From the NCBI GenBank assembly GCA_018817795.1, contig JAHITJ010000208.1:43989-107988 (forward strand): DNA of 64,000 nucleotides. Reading direction: 5' to 3'. Of the stretch, positions 1-9,280 are shown one piece after another. The position numbers and the translations under genes were made by a program. The notes beneath the pieces are model-generated. The model worked only from the letters and a program-made list of their open reading frames with translations. It had not been told where the DNA came from and did no database searches. The stretch is from Myxococcota bacterium. Lineage in GTDB: Bacteria; Myxococcota_A; Polyangia; HGW-17. Numbering within the stretch: position 1 is the first letter of the stretch; each line of letters begins with the position of its first letter.

Positions 1-798
1 GGCATCCCGCTCGAAGCGCGGCTCCCCAGGTGAACAATGCTTTCCGGACGGCGTCTGCCACACGGACGAAGCCATGGGATCGGCCGCGGTCGGAACCGAC
101 ACATGCAGGCACGATGGCGCGCCCGCCACACCCACCAGTGCAAGCTCCGTGAAGGACCCAAGGTTGAAGTTCAGCCGCACCGCATCCACCCCGGGTTTGA
201 ACTCCTTGTCGATGTCCAGCGGGGAAAACGGCGCCAGCAGATCCGCTGGCTGCCAGATGAAGCCCACACCGAAACTAACGGGCTGCCGTCCGACAAGAAT
301 GTCCACCGGACCCAGCCGCGTCTGGAAGTAGAGACGATCCAGAGCGGCATTCCAGATCCTCCTCTGGGCGACGGCATCGGTGTACTGAAACGGGAGGGAT
401 CGCGGCGGCTCGGCCGTGGAGGAGGCCCCACCGGAGAACGCCGAAATCATGTTCGGCTCGGAGAAGAGGAAGAAGCCTGTCCTGGCCTGGATGTCCCACT
501 TGAGGCGGTCCTCATGCCAGCGTCCGCTGAACTTCAGTCGTGCCTCACCCGCCCCGAACATCGCATCGCGGGAGCTCCAGCCGAGCGCACCTATGGTGGG
601 GGATCCCACAACCATGGGCCACGGCCAGGGCAGGTGCAGGGCCGTGCCCGAGGCCTTGAGCACGCCGTCGACGTCGATGACCCATGGGTCGTCGTCCACG
701 ACCGTCGTCGCCCGCACTGGCGCCGGTAGGCAGAGCAACCACAGGACAGACACAAGGAGGGGGAACTTAGCCGCCGAAAACGCAGATCCCGTGGTCAT
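1..798 (-). CDS. Secreted/outer-membrane protein (hypothetical), C-terminus beyond window start; last gene of the ABC exporter operon
   Basis: Minus-strand frame translated by hand; reads from N to C as MTTGSAFSAAKFPLLVSVLWLLCLPAPVRA ... FGVGFIWQPADLLAPFSPLDIDKEF ... (signal peptide, natural composition). Its ATG (798-796) overlaps the TGA of the upstream ATPase gene (ATGA). Not in the ORF track because it has no stop in the window. The overlapping + ORF 37..729 is Arg-rich antisense. Confidence 0.5.
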   Translation of the reverse strand, partial: MTTGSAFSAAKFPLLVSVLWLLCLPAPVRATTVVDDDPWVIDVDGVLKASGTALHLPWPWPMVVGSPTIGALGWSSRDAMFGAGEARLKFSGRWHEDRLKWDIQARTGFFLFSEPNMISAFSGGASSTAEPPRSLPFQYTDAVAQRRIWNAALDRLYFQTRLGPVDILVGRQPVSFGVGFIWQPADLLAPFSPLDIDKEFKPGVDAVRLNFNLGSFTELALVGVAGAPSCLHVSVPTAADPMASSVWQTPSGKHCSPGEPRFERDA

Positions 799-1526
799 GC
801 CTCGACCTCTGCCGGGATGCGGTCCCCGGCGCCGTGTGCCTTGGTATCGTCGGAGGAGATCTTTCCGTCGACAATGCGCACGATGCGGCGGGAGTAGTCC
901 ATGACCATCGGATCATGCGTCGAGAACAGGAAAGTCACCTGGTGTTCGCGGTTCAGATCCGCCATCATCTGCAACAGCGCCGCGCCGGTGTGGGAGTCCA
1001 GGTTCGCCGTTGGCTCGTCGGCCAGCACCAACTTCGGGTTGGCCACGACCGCGCGCGCCACGGCCACGCGCTGCTGCTGGCCTCCGCTCATGTCCATCGG
1101 ACGACGGTGGCGCAGTTCGGCGAGCCCCACCTCGTCCAGGATGGCCAGCACCCTCTTCTTCCGCTCGGCGGCTGGCACGCCCTGCAGGGCCAGCACCAAC
1201 TCCACGTTCTCGAACGCGGTGAGCACCGGAACAAGGTTGTACGCCTGAAAGACGAAGCCTATCTTGCGCAGGCGCAGGTCGGCCAGCGCCGAATCGGAGA
1301 GCCTGGAGACATCCTTGCCGTCCACATGGACACTACCCCGGGTGGGTGTGTCCAGACAACCGATCAGGTTCAACAGCGTCGTCTTGCCCGAGCCCGAGGG
1401 CCCGCAGATGGCCGTGAACTCCCCGGGCTCGATGGTCAGGTCGATTCCGTTGACCGCCTTCACCTCCAGTTTTCCCTGCTTGTACTCCTTGTGCACATCC
1501 TGCAATTCCACGATCGGGTGCGACAT
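795..1526 (-). CDS. ABC transporter ATP-binding protein (LolD/MacB/FtsE-type)
   Basis: 243-aa product MSHPIVELQDVHKEY... with Walker A GPSGSGKTT, ABC signature LSGGQQQRVAVARA, Walker B LVLADEPT. Internal Met start of ORF 795..2507, preceded by GGAGG. Confidence 0.9.
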   Translation of the reverse strand: MSHPIVELQDVHKEYKQGKLEVKAVNGIDLTIEPGEFTAICGPSGSGKTTLLNLIGCLDTPTRGSVHVDGKDVSRLSDSALADLRLRKIGFVFQAYNLVPVLTAFENVELVLALQGVPAAERKKRVLAILDEVGLAELRHRRPMDMSGGQQQRVAVARAVVANPKLVLADEPTANLDSHTGAALLQMMADLNREHQVTFLFSTHDPMVMDYSRRIVRIVDGKISSDDTKAHGAGDRIPAEVEA

Positions 1527-1552
1527 GTTGGATTCTCCTCGTAGAACCGGCG

Positions 1553-2788
1553 CTACATCTGCCGGAGGGCCTTGACCGGCAGGATCCGCATGGCCCGGAA
1601 CGCGGGCCAGAGGGCGGACAGCACGGTCATGACGATGATGATTCCTGAAAGGGTCAGGCCGCTGCCCCAGCGCAGCACGGGGTGGATCCTGTCGGTGAAG
1701 GCGATGCCCTCCATCTCCATGACCTCCCCACCGGTCAGCGCCATCGGGTCGATCCCGACGCGGGCGAAATAATACACCAGCGGAAGCCCCACGGCGGCGC
1801 CGACGACCACGGCCAGCAATCCGAGCATGGTGCTCTCGGTCATGATCAGGCGGAAGATCGACGACGGCCGCATACCCAGGCTCTTGAGGATGCCCAGCTC
1901 CCGGGTGCGCTCCATCACGGACATCAGCACCGTGTTCATGATTCCCGCGGCCACGATTCCCAGGATGATGAAGATGAAGACCTGCATGGACACATCGTCG
2001 ACCCAGAGCAACTGGGTCAGCACCGGCAATGCCTCCTCCCAGTGGAGCACCGCCACGGGCAGATCCGCGAGCTTGGCCGACAGCATGCGCGCTGCGTCCC
2101 GGCTCGTCTCTGAAGGCATGAAGAAGGCCAGTTGGCTGATCGCGCCGCCCATCCCCAGCAGCACCTGTCCACGGGCAAGCCCGATCATGGCCGTGCCGCG
2201 GTCGGAATCCCCGCCGATCCTGAACACGCCGGCCACGACGAAGCGCTCTTCCACCTTCTGGGAAAGGCCCGAGCAGGAGAGCACGACCTTGTCCCCCACA
2301 TCCACCTTCAACAAACGCGCAGCCTTCTCTCCGATGAGGATGCCCGGCTCCCCGGAGGTCAGCCAGGCGCCGCGGACGATCTTGCGCGGGACGTCGCTGA
2401 TCTTCTTCTCGTTCTCGAGATCCACGGCCATGAGGTTGTCCAGCATCACGGAGCCGTCCGCAGAACGCAGCAGCCCGGTGGTGAAGATCCGCTGGGTCAC
2501 CACCCAACCCTCGGGAAGCGGTCCGATCCTCTCCAGCACCTTTTCGGGATGCGTGACCCTCAACTCCAGCGCCCGCTCCTTCTGGAACTCCGGTGCCTGG
2601 ACAATGACATGTCCCGCCTGCATGCGTATGGCAAGATCAATCATGAGTTCGTGGGAGCCCTCGGTGAGGCCGACAAAAAACAAAAGCAGGGCGAAGCTCG
2701 AGCCGATCGCGAACAGGGTGATCCCTGTGCGGAACCGGCGACGCCAGAGGTTTCGAAAGGCCATTTTCAGCAGCAGCATGCCGTCCAC
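1553..2788 (-). CDS. ABC transporter permease, FtsX/LolC/E family (MacB-like periplasmic domain)
   Basis: N-terminal RNLWRRRFRT TM helix, large periplasmic domain, C-terminal FtsX 4-TM region (NTVLMSVMERTRELGILKSLG). Confidence 0.85.
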   Translation of the reverse strand: MDGMLLLKMAFRNLWRRRFRTGITLFAIGSSFALLLFFVGLTEGSHELMIDLAIRMQAGHVIVQAPEFQKERALELRVTHPEKVLERIGPLPEGWVVTQRIFTTGLLRSADGSVMLDNLMAVDLENEKKISDVPRKIVRGAWLTSGEPGILIGEKAARLLKVDVGDKVVLSCSGLSQKVEERFVVAGVFRIGGDSDRGTAMIGLARGQVLLGMGGAISQLAFFMPSETSRDAARMLSAKLADLPVAVLHWEEALPVLTQLLWVDDVSMQVFIFIILGIVAAGIMNTVLMSVMERTRELGILKSLGMRPSSIFRLIMTESTMLGLLAVVVGAAVGLPLVYYFARVGIDPMALTGGEVMEMEGIAFTDRIHPVLRWGSGLTLSGIIIVMTVLSALWPAFRAMRILPVKALRQM

Positions 2789-2809
2789 TCCTTGGTTTGG
2801 GCGAACCCG

Positions 2810-4615
2810 TCAGACACCCGTCTGACGCAGCGCCTCCACGGGTTTGATGCGGGCCGCACGCACGGCCGGCCACACGGCGACGATCAGGCTCACCAGCGAC
2901 ATCAGCGCCAGCGGGATCGCGAAGCTCCGCACCGAGATCACCGTCCGCCAGACCGGATCGATGACCACTCCCTGATAGGAGAACCCCTCGGGCAGAAGGC
3001 TGGACATGTCCAGCCCGTAAACATACAGGTACGAGGAGATCCCCAGGCCCAGAACCCCGCCCACGACCATCGACACCAGGGTCATCAGGAGCGTCTCGAG
3101 CATGATCAGCCTCGCCACGAAGAAGGGGCGCATGCCCACAGACTTCAGGACACCGAATTCACGGATGCGCTCGAACACGGACATGAGCATCGTGTTCATG
3201 GTGCCCAGCGCGGCGATCGCAAAGATGATCAGCAGAAGGATCGCAGTCGAGGCATCCTGCAACTTCACCATCGATGCCATGGCCGGTTCCACTTTCTGCC
3301 AGGGCCAGGCCACCAGGTGCAGGCCCTTGAGCCGCTTCTGGAGGCGCTCCGCGACGACAACATTGTCCAGTGAGTCCTTGATCCGGATCGCCAGTTCATG
3401 GATCTGCGGCGCCCCGGTCTTCGGATCGACGAGGTTCATCAACTCCGGATCCCAGGCCATCCGCAGGTGCACGAAGGTCAGCGAACGATCCATGCTGTCC
3501 AGACCGGAATTGAACATGCCTGCGACCTCGACCATCTCGTCCATGGGGAATCCTTCGCGCGTAAGGATATCCAGGCCCAGCCGGTCTCCTGGCTTCACCA
3601 TCAGGATCCGCGCGAGTTGATCGCCGATGAGGATTTGCGGGACGCCCTGCCCGTTGCGGTAGGTGTTGTTCAGATAGGTGCCGGCCACCACCTTGTCGAC
3701 CATGGTGGTCACCTGGCTTTCCCGCGACGGGTCCACGGCGATGATGCCGACCTGGGATGACGCCGTGCGCACCACGCGAAAGACCACAGTCGTGGGATTA
3801 TCCGCAGGGGTCGCAGGGGACGGGGACGGAGCGGCCGGGGGTGGGGCCGCAGGAGCCGCGTCCACGGCCGGAGCCGCGTCCGGAGCCGCGTCCGAGGCCG
3901 GGGCCAGCATCGGGGTTGCATCCGCGGACGGGGCCGCCGGAGCGAGCTTCTCCAGGCTGTCGATGTCGTCCGGATCCGTTTGTGCAGCGCTTTTAGCCTT
4001 CGGTGGCGCGTTGAGGTCCGCGATGTCTGCCGGCCGCATCAGCAGCGACGACGCTCCGGCAGGGTCGCTGCGCACCACGCCGGAGATCTCGACGCGCTCG
4101 CAGGCGGGCTCGGCCGGAAGCGGCGAGAACCGAAGGATGCTGCCCAGATCCAGGCGCCACCGCTTGGCAGTCCGCTCGTCCACCAGGGCGGTGCATTTTT
4201 TCAGCGGAAGGCTCCCCGAGACGAGGCTTTGCAACCCGCCCCCGTGGGTCCCGATGGTCCCCACGTGCACCTCGAACTCGTGCTCGGAGGAGACCATCCC
4301 GCCGGTGTACACGCGGGGCGCCGCCTGGATCACCGCGGGGTCGGCCAGCACGGCCAGGGAGGCCTCCTTCTCGGGAAAGGACAACTCAAGGCGCCTCTCC
4401 TCGAGATAGTCGGGATGATGCACCTGCACATGCCCCAGGTGGGATCGCGTGATGCCGCGGATCATCTCCCGGCTCACGCCCTCCATGAGGCCGTAGGTGG
4501 GGATGCACAGCGCCAGACCCGCGCTCATGGCAAAAACGGTGATCAGCGAACGACGGCGCTGGCGCCACAGGTTGCGCCAGGCCATTTTCCACAGCAGCAG
4601 GAAGTTGTACATCAC
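2810..4615 (-). CDS. ABC transporter permease, FtsX family, with Ala/Pro-rich low-complexity insertion
   Basis: MAWRNLWRQRRRS..., NTMLMSVFERIREFGVLKSVG FtsX motif; about 60 aa of APAAPSAD/APAAPPPAAPSPSP linker in the periplasmic domain. Confidence 0.85.
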   Translation of the reverse strand: MMYNFLLLWKMAWRNLWRQRRRSLITVFAMSAGLALCIPTYGLMEGVSREMIRGITRSHLGHVQVHHPDYLEERRLELSFPEKEASLAVLADPAVIQAAPRVYTGGMVSSEHEFEVHVGTIGTHGGGLQSLVSGSLPLKKCTALVDERTAKRWRLDLGSILRFSPLPAEPACERVEISGVVRSDPAGASSLLMRPADIADLNAPPKAKSAAQTDPDDIDSLEKLAPAAPSADATPMLAPASDAAPDAAPAVDAAPAAPPPAAPSPSPATPADNPTTVVFRVVRTASSQVGIIAVDPSRESQVTTMVDKVVAGTYLNNTYRNGQGVPQILIGDQLARILMVKPGDRLGLDILTREGFPMDEMVEVAGMFNSGLDSMDRSLTFVHLRMAWDPELMNLVDPKTGAPQIHELAIRIKDSLDNVVVAERLQKRLKGLHLVAWPWQKVEPAMASMVKLQDASTAILLLIIFAIAALGTMNTMLMSVFERIREFGVLKSVGMRPFFVARLIMLETLLMTLVSMVVGGVLGLGISSYLYVYGLDMSSLLPEGFSYQGVVIDPVWRTVISVRSFAIPLALMSLVSLIVAVWPAVRAARIKPVEALRQTGV

Positions 4616-4640
4616 GTCGGTGCCTCTTGAATTCCGGGGA

Positions 4641-5396
4641 TCACATCTTCAGGCCGCGCAGGGTGAACATCCGGTCCGGGATGGCCACGTCGAAACGGAC
4701 CTTGTCGTAGACCACTTCGGTGCTCTCGTTCTTGCCCGCGACCGTGAGGGTCATACGCGTCGGAATGCTGCGGCCGTCCATCTTCTGGATGCGGTCGAAG
4801 GTCATCGTGCGCTTGAGGACGCCCTTGTCGGAGTAATACTGCGCCGACTCCGGGATCGAGTCGGCCCGCCGGATCTTCATGACGATCTTGCCCCACACCA
4901 CCGGCGCGTTGGGCTTGGGCGCCAGCGACACCGTGATCGAGTCCTTCCCGTCGGTGCGGGACAGGCACTCGTAGTGGATGTACAACTGCGTCTCCTTGAC
5001 GAGATCGTCGTTGGTGAAGTGGCTGCCCATCCACGAGTCGCCCATCATCGAGCTGCCCACCTTCACGATGCGATCGGTGCGAGGCATGTAATACCAGACG
5101 TTGTCGGAGACCTTCAGCGTGGACATGCCCTTGAGCCGGCTGGGCTCGGTGATGCGCACGAGCATGTTCTCGCGGCCCGAGGACCAGAAGGTCATGCTCA
5201 TCGTCGAGGTCTGGTCGGGTTTCCTGACGGTCATGGTCATCTTGCCGGCCGTGGTCTTGGCGAACATGATGCGATCGGCCTTGTCCACCAGATCCCGCGT
5301 GTCCTTGGGACACTTGCCCCAGTTCTGAGCCGCCGCCGGTCGACCGAAGGTGGTTTGGAGAAGGAGGATCAATGTTACAAATAGAAATTTCTTCAT
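4641..5396 (-). CDS. LolA-like outer-membrane lipoprotein-sorting/carrier family protein (secreted)
   Basis: Signal peptide MKKFLFVTLILLLQTTFGRPAAAQ; about 250 aa, size and composition typical of LolA-like (DUF4292/LolA_like) partners of FtsX-type ABC exporters. Separated by 2 nt from the upstream tetR. Confidence 0.55.
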   Translation of the reverse strand: MKKFLFVTLILLLQTTFGRPAAAQNWGKCPKDTRDLVDKADRIMFAKTTAGKMTMTVRKPDQTSTMSMTFWSSGRENMLVRITEPSRLKGMSTLKVSDNVWYYMPRTDRIVKVGSSMMGDSWMGSHFTNDDLVKETQLYIHYECLSRTDGKDSITVSLAPKPNAPVVWGKIVMKIRRADSIPESAQYYSDKGVLKRTMTFDRIQKMDGRSIPTRMTLTVAGKNESTEVVYDKVRFDVAIPDRMFTLRGLKM

Positions 5397-5398
5397 GT

Positions 5399-6193
5399 TC
5401 AGACTCCCTGCGGATCCCTGCCGTGCATCTGTGCCAGCTGCAGTTGGGCGATCCAGTCCGAAGGACGCTCAAAATCGGATTTTGTTTTCTCGGGCTCTCC
5501 CAGAAACGGCGCGACAAATTCCAGGGCCGGTCCCGTCATCTCCTGACCCGGATCGAGGAACCGGCGCAGAAACTCCAGCAGGAACCCGGTGAGACCGTCG
5601 GGATCGAAGCTGCGGCCTTCGGCCATCAACTCCAGCAGCCACGTGGAGATCGACATCATGAAACCCTGAATCATGTGCACCAGCAGGTGCACGGGCAGAT
5701 CCTGCCGGATGACGCCGAGCCGCCGCCCGGTCTGCACAAAGCGCGTCAACGTCAGCGTGGAGAACTGCATCATCTCGCGCAGGTGCTCGGGAAACATCGC
5801 CGAGATCTCCGGATCGATCACCTCCCGGAGAAGCGCAAAGGCGGTGGGATCTAATTTCAACTTAATAATCTGATGGAATGCATTATGGGCAATCGTCCAA
5901 AATTTGGAAGGATCTTCAATGTCAAATTTTTTTTGTACTATCTGTGGAAACCGGTCCATCAGGCGACTCACGACCGTAATGAACAGATCTGCCTTATTGT
6001 CAAAATAATAATAAACTGCACCTTTGCTCAGACCGGCCCCGGCGATGATGTGATTGAGTGACGCCTTCTGGTAGCCGTGACGGGCGAATTCTTCGAGCGC
6101 CACATCCAGGATGCGACCGCGTCGCTCCTCGGGAAGCTTGAAGAATCGGGCGGTCGGCATCGTGGTCTCCGAAGATCCGGTGAGGTGGTCCAC
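5399..6193 (-). CDS. TetR/AcrR family transcriptional regulator
   Basis: N-terminal HTH ERRGRILDVALEEFARHGYQKASLNHIIAGAGLSKGAVYYYFDNKADLF. Start may be the internal Met at 6160. Confidence 0.85.
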   Translation of the reverse strand: MDHLTGSSETTMPTARFFKLPEERRGRILDVALEEFARHGYQKASLNHIIAGAGLSKGAVYYYFDNKADLFITVVSRLMDRFPQIVQKKFDIEDPSKFWTIAHNAFHQIIKLKLDPTAFALLREVIDPEISAMFPEHLREMMQFSTLTLTRFVQTGRRLGVIRQDLPVHLLVHMIQGFMMSISTWLLELMAEGRSFDPDGLTGFLLEFLRRFLDPGQEMTGPALEFVAPFLGEPEKTKSDFERPSDWIAQLQLAQMHGRDPQGV

Positions 6194-6218
6194 TGATAAA
6201 AGAAAAGCGATCCTGATT

Positions 6219-6231
6219 CAGACCGGCGGTC
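6219..6231. promoter_or_regulatory. Perfect 13-bp palindrome AGACCGGCGGTCT in the tetR/tadE divergent intergenic region (candidate TetR operator)
   Basis: Seen directly; lies upstream of the tetR start, followed by ggtctgag half-site repeats. Confidence 0.3.
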
Positions 6232-6413
6232 TAAACCATGGTCTGAGTGGTAGTCTTTCTTTGGGTTCCTGTCAAGACCCCCCAGAAAAAATGTGGAAAA
6301 AAATCCCGGCGGGCCTCCGGTGCGACTCCAGCATATATTATTGGGGGGCCAGTTGTCCGATGTCCCCGGCGGCCGGAATCTGGCATAAAATGATTGCGAA
6401 GGAGTATTTCCCG

Positions 6414-7346
6414 ATGTCACTCCGATTTTCCCCTCGCCTGATTCGCAACCGCAAGGGCCAGGCCCTGGTGGAATCTGCCATTGTCATTCCGCTGATGACC
6501 TTCATCATCCTCGGGGTGGTCCAGCTCGGCATGATCCAGCACGCCCGCCTGATGACAGAATACGCCGCCTTCAACGCCGCCCGCGCCGGCATCGTCTGGA
6601 ACGCGGACCGCTTCGTCATGCAGAACGCGGCCATCATCTCGCTGCTGCCGACGATGGAAGGCCTCGTCAGCGAGACCTCCGCGGGCGATCCCGCCAAGAT
6701 GATGATGCAGATCGTGCAGCGGGCCCTGATTTACCAGGCTCACCGCCGCGTGGCCCAGGCCTCGGACTTCATCCGCAACGGCACCGACGCGATCATCGGC
6801 ATGCTCTCGCCGTCGATCCAGGGAGGAGCCGGCGCCTTCCGCGACGCTGTGCTCAACGCCGCCGAATCGGCGGCAGACACGGGGCTGCGAAACGCGATCA
6901 ACGGCATCTTCGGAACTCAGGACATCGTCGACGTGGAGATCGTGTCGCCCAAGCTCGGTGACTTCGGCGGCGTGCATTCCACCGAGATCACCTTCGACGA
7001 CGTGATGTCCGACGACGCGGCCTGGGTGGACAAGACGCGCCTGAGCATCCGCATCACGTACCTGTACACGCTGCGCATCCCGTTCGCCAACCGCATCATC
7101 CACACCGCGTACATCGCCGGCCAGGTGGGACAGAACCTGTACGGCGCGGTCTGGAATCCGCAGACCCGCGCCGGGGAGACCGGCTTCCGCAACGTGGCCC
7201 CGCTGAACCTGGCCGGCCGCGGCACCCAGCTCACGCGCCAGCTCTGGCAGGCGGCCTCGCACGGGGTCTTCATGATCCCGCTGCGGGCGACCTATTCCAT
7301 GCGCATGCAGTCCAACCCCTATCGCCGCTCCGTGGCCATACGGTAA
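6414..7346 (+). CDS. TadE-like pseudopilin (Flp pilus assembly), oversized (310 aa)
   Basis: N-terminus MSLRFSPRLIRNRKGQALVESAIVIPLMTFIILGVVQLG matches the TadE-like motif (R/K-G-Q-A-x-VE-F/S-A-x-V-x-P); AAGGAG 9 nt upstream. Internal start of ORF 6111..7346. Confidence 0.75.
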   Translation: MSLRFSPRLIRNRKGQALVESAIVIPLMTFIILGVVQLGMIQHARLMTEYAAFNAARAGIVWNADRFVMQNAAIISLLPTMEGLVSETSAGDPAKMMMQIVQRALIYQAHRRVAQASDFIRNGTDAIIGMLSPSIQGGAGAFRDAVLNAAESAADTGLRNAINGIFGTQDIVDVEIVSPKLGDFGGVHSTEITFDDVMSDDAAWVDKTRLSIRITYLYTLRIPFANRIIHTAYIAGQVGQNLYGAVWNPQTRAGETGFRNVAPLNLAGRGTQLTRQLWQAASHGVFMIPLRATYSMRMQSNPYRRSVAIR

Positions 7347-7359
7347 GGGAGACAAGATC

Positions 7360-9267
7360 ATGACTCGCACCATGAAGCACCTCATCGAGAACAAGAAGGG
7401 CCAGGCGTTCCCGCTGGCCGCCATCGGCGTGTTCATCATGGCCCTCTCGGTCATCGCCACCATGAACCTCGGGCAGGCCATCCACGAAAAGATCAAGCTC
7501 CAGGGCGCCGCCGACGCGGCCTCCTACTCCCTGGCGAGCATGGAGGCCCGTGCCTTCAACTTCGTGGCCATGCTCAACCGCACGATGGTGGTCAACTACA
7601 ACACCGCCATGGCCGTCCAGAGCTATTACAACTATGCGGGGTTCTGCCTGTTCCTGCTGGGATCGGTGCGCGACCTGCTCGCCTGCATGGTCAGTTCCCT
7701 CGACTTCGGATGCACGTTCATCAAGTTGCCTCCATGGCTGAACGCCGCATACTGCATCCTGAAGGCCATATTCACTGCGGTGAACCAGATAGTCAGCGCG
7801 ATCCTGAGGGTCGTCGACTATCTGGTCAACAAGCTTCCCGTGCTGGGTCTTCACAGCATCTCGGCGGGGGTGGCCGATGCCTTGGGCCTGATGAACAAGT
7901 ACATGCTCTGGCAGATGCAGTTGATCCGGCTCGCGCTGGTCAACGCACACATCCTGTCGGGCATGCACCAGGTCGTCTCCGACAACTACATCCATCCGCA
8001 GACCGGCGAGTCCAAGTGGCGGTTCGAGTTGACGCCGTGGATGTTCCTGAACATGGCGCTGAACACCCTCGAGTACCGGGCCGCCTTCGACCGCGGCGCC
8101 GGCGTCAACGCCAGCGCCTTCGACCTGCTGCTGCTGGGCTGGCGCGACTACGGCGACTTCGGAAAACGCCAGACCGACGCCAGCAAGGACGCCGTGCGCA
8201 TCATGTCCGAGATCGCCAACGCCACGCGCTCCCACGCGGCGATCTACAACCGCAAGCGCGGCCTGTTCGCCTCGTGGATCGTGTCCAACATCTTCGGCGA
8301 CAAGATGGGCGCCACCAAGCTCATCCCGACGGGCAGCGACTCCAAGCCCAACCCCGACGTGCGCAAGATCCGCTCCGCGGAGAACTACGAGCTCGGCGAC
8401 GTGCTCGCCTCCGACGACTACCTGACCCGCGGCTGGGGCATCGCCACGGTGGGCATCTCGGTGGTGTTCGCCCAGTCCTCCACGATCAAGGGCATCGCCC
8501 ACGCGATCACCGCCTATGGCGAGGACTCCACGGACAACAACCGCAAGCACTACGGCTACAAGAACAACAACGGCGACCCGGCGCACCCCAAGGGCGGCTA
8601 CAGCGGCCTGATCGTGATCCCGCCGATGAGAAAGAGCGCCAAGAAGAGCATCCAGAAGGAAGTCGACTGCAGCCTGATGGAGAAGCACAAGTGGATCGGC
8701 ATCTCCCCGTACTTCAAGTTCATGCCCATCGCCGACCACAATAGTGACTACGGCCAGCCCAGCACCTGGATCTTCCTGAACATGCCGCCGGAGAAGTTCC
8801 AGACCGGCACCGGCGTCGCGGGCCGTCCCTGGCACAAGAAGTTCACCTTCAACCATGGCGGCGGAGACAAGTTCTCCCAGGACAACCTCGGCACCGGCCA
8901 GGCCGGCGAGCACGGCGGCCACAGCGCCGACCTCGACACCACCATCGGCGGCGAGCGAAACTCGATGTCCCTGTTCGGCATGCACCTCGAGGGCCTCAAC
9001 GTCATCTCTCGCGGCATGGTCTACTACCACCGCCAGGGCAACTGGGGCGAGCCTCCGAACTTTTTCAACCCGTTCTGGCGCGCCAAGCTCGCGCCCGTTG
9101 GCGCCAAGCTGGCCCAGTGGCTCGACAACCTCACCCGCGGCATCGTCAAGCCCGGCAGCGCCGACGAGAGCACCTCGCAGACCGTCGTTCGCGTCGTGCT
9201 GAACCTGTTCCGAAACTTCCTCGGGGATGTCTTCTTCGGCTTCATCACCTCCGTGATGACGCACTGA
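7360..9267 (+). CDS. TadG-like (Tad/Flp pilus-assembly TadE/G-like) protein, 635 aa
   Basis: N-terminus KKGQAFPLAAIGVFIMALSVIATMNLGQAIHEKIKLQGAADAAS matches the TadG-like N-terminal motif (hydrophobic helix ... LQ-AADAAA). Starts 14 nt after the preceding stop. Confidence 0.7.
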   Translation: MTRTMKHLIENKKGQAFPLAAIGVFIMALSVIATMNLGQAIHEKIKLQGAADAASYSLASMEARAFNFVAMLNRTMVVNYNTAMAVQSYYNYAGFCLFLLGSVRDLLACMVSSLDFGCTFIKLPPWLNAAYCILKAIFTAVNQIVSAILRVVDYLVNKLPVLGLHSISAGVADALGLMNKYMLWQMQLIRLALVNAHILSGMHQVVSDNYIHPQTGESKWRFELTPWMFLNMALNTLEYRAAFDRGAGVNASAFDLLLLGWRDYGDFGKRQTDASKDAVRIMSEIANATRSHAAIYNRKRGLFASWIVSNIFGDKMGATKLIPTGSDSKPNPDVRKIRSAENYELGDVLASDDYLTRGWGIATVGISVVFAQSSTIKGIAHAITAYGEDSTDNNRKHYGYKNNNGDPAHPKGGYSGLIVIPPMRKSAKKSIQKEVDCSLMEKHKWIGISPYFKFMPIADHNSDYGQPSTWIFLNMPPEKFQTGTGVAGRPWHKKFTFNHGGGDKFSQDNLGTGQAGEHGGHSADLDTTIGGERNSMSLFGMHLEGLNVISRGMVYYHRQGNWGEPPNFFNPFWRAKLAPVGAKLAQWLDNLTRGIVKPGSADESTSQTVVRVVLNLFRNFLGDVFFGFITSVMTH

Positions 9268-9280
9268 TCGGGAGGGAACC

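Noticed and set aside
37-729. 230-aa + strand ORF (and 74..331, 416..904)
   Set aside because: Arg/Gly/His-rich composition typical of out-of-frame translation in GC-rich DNA. The opposite strand encodes a well-behaved signal-peptide protein coupled to the ABC ATPase.
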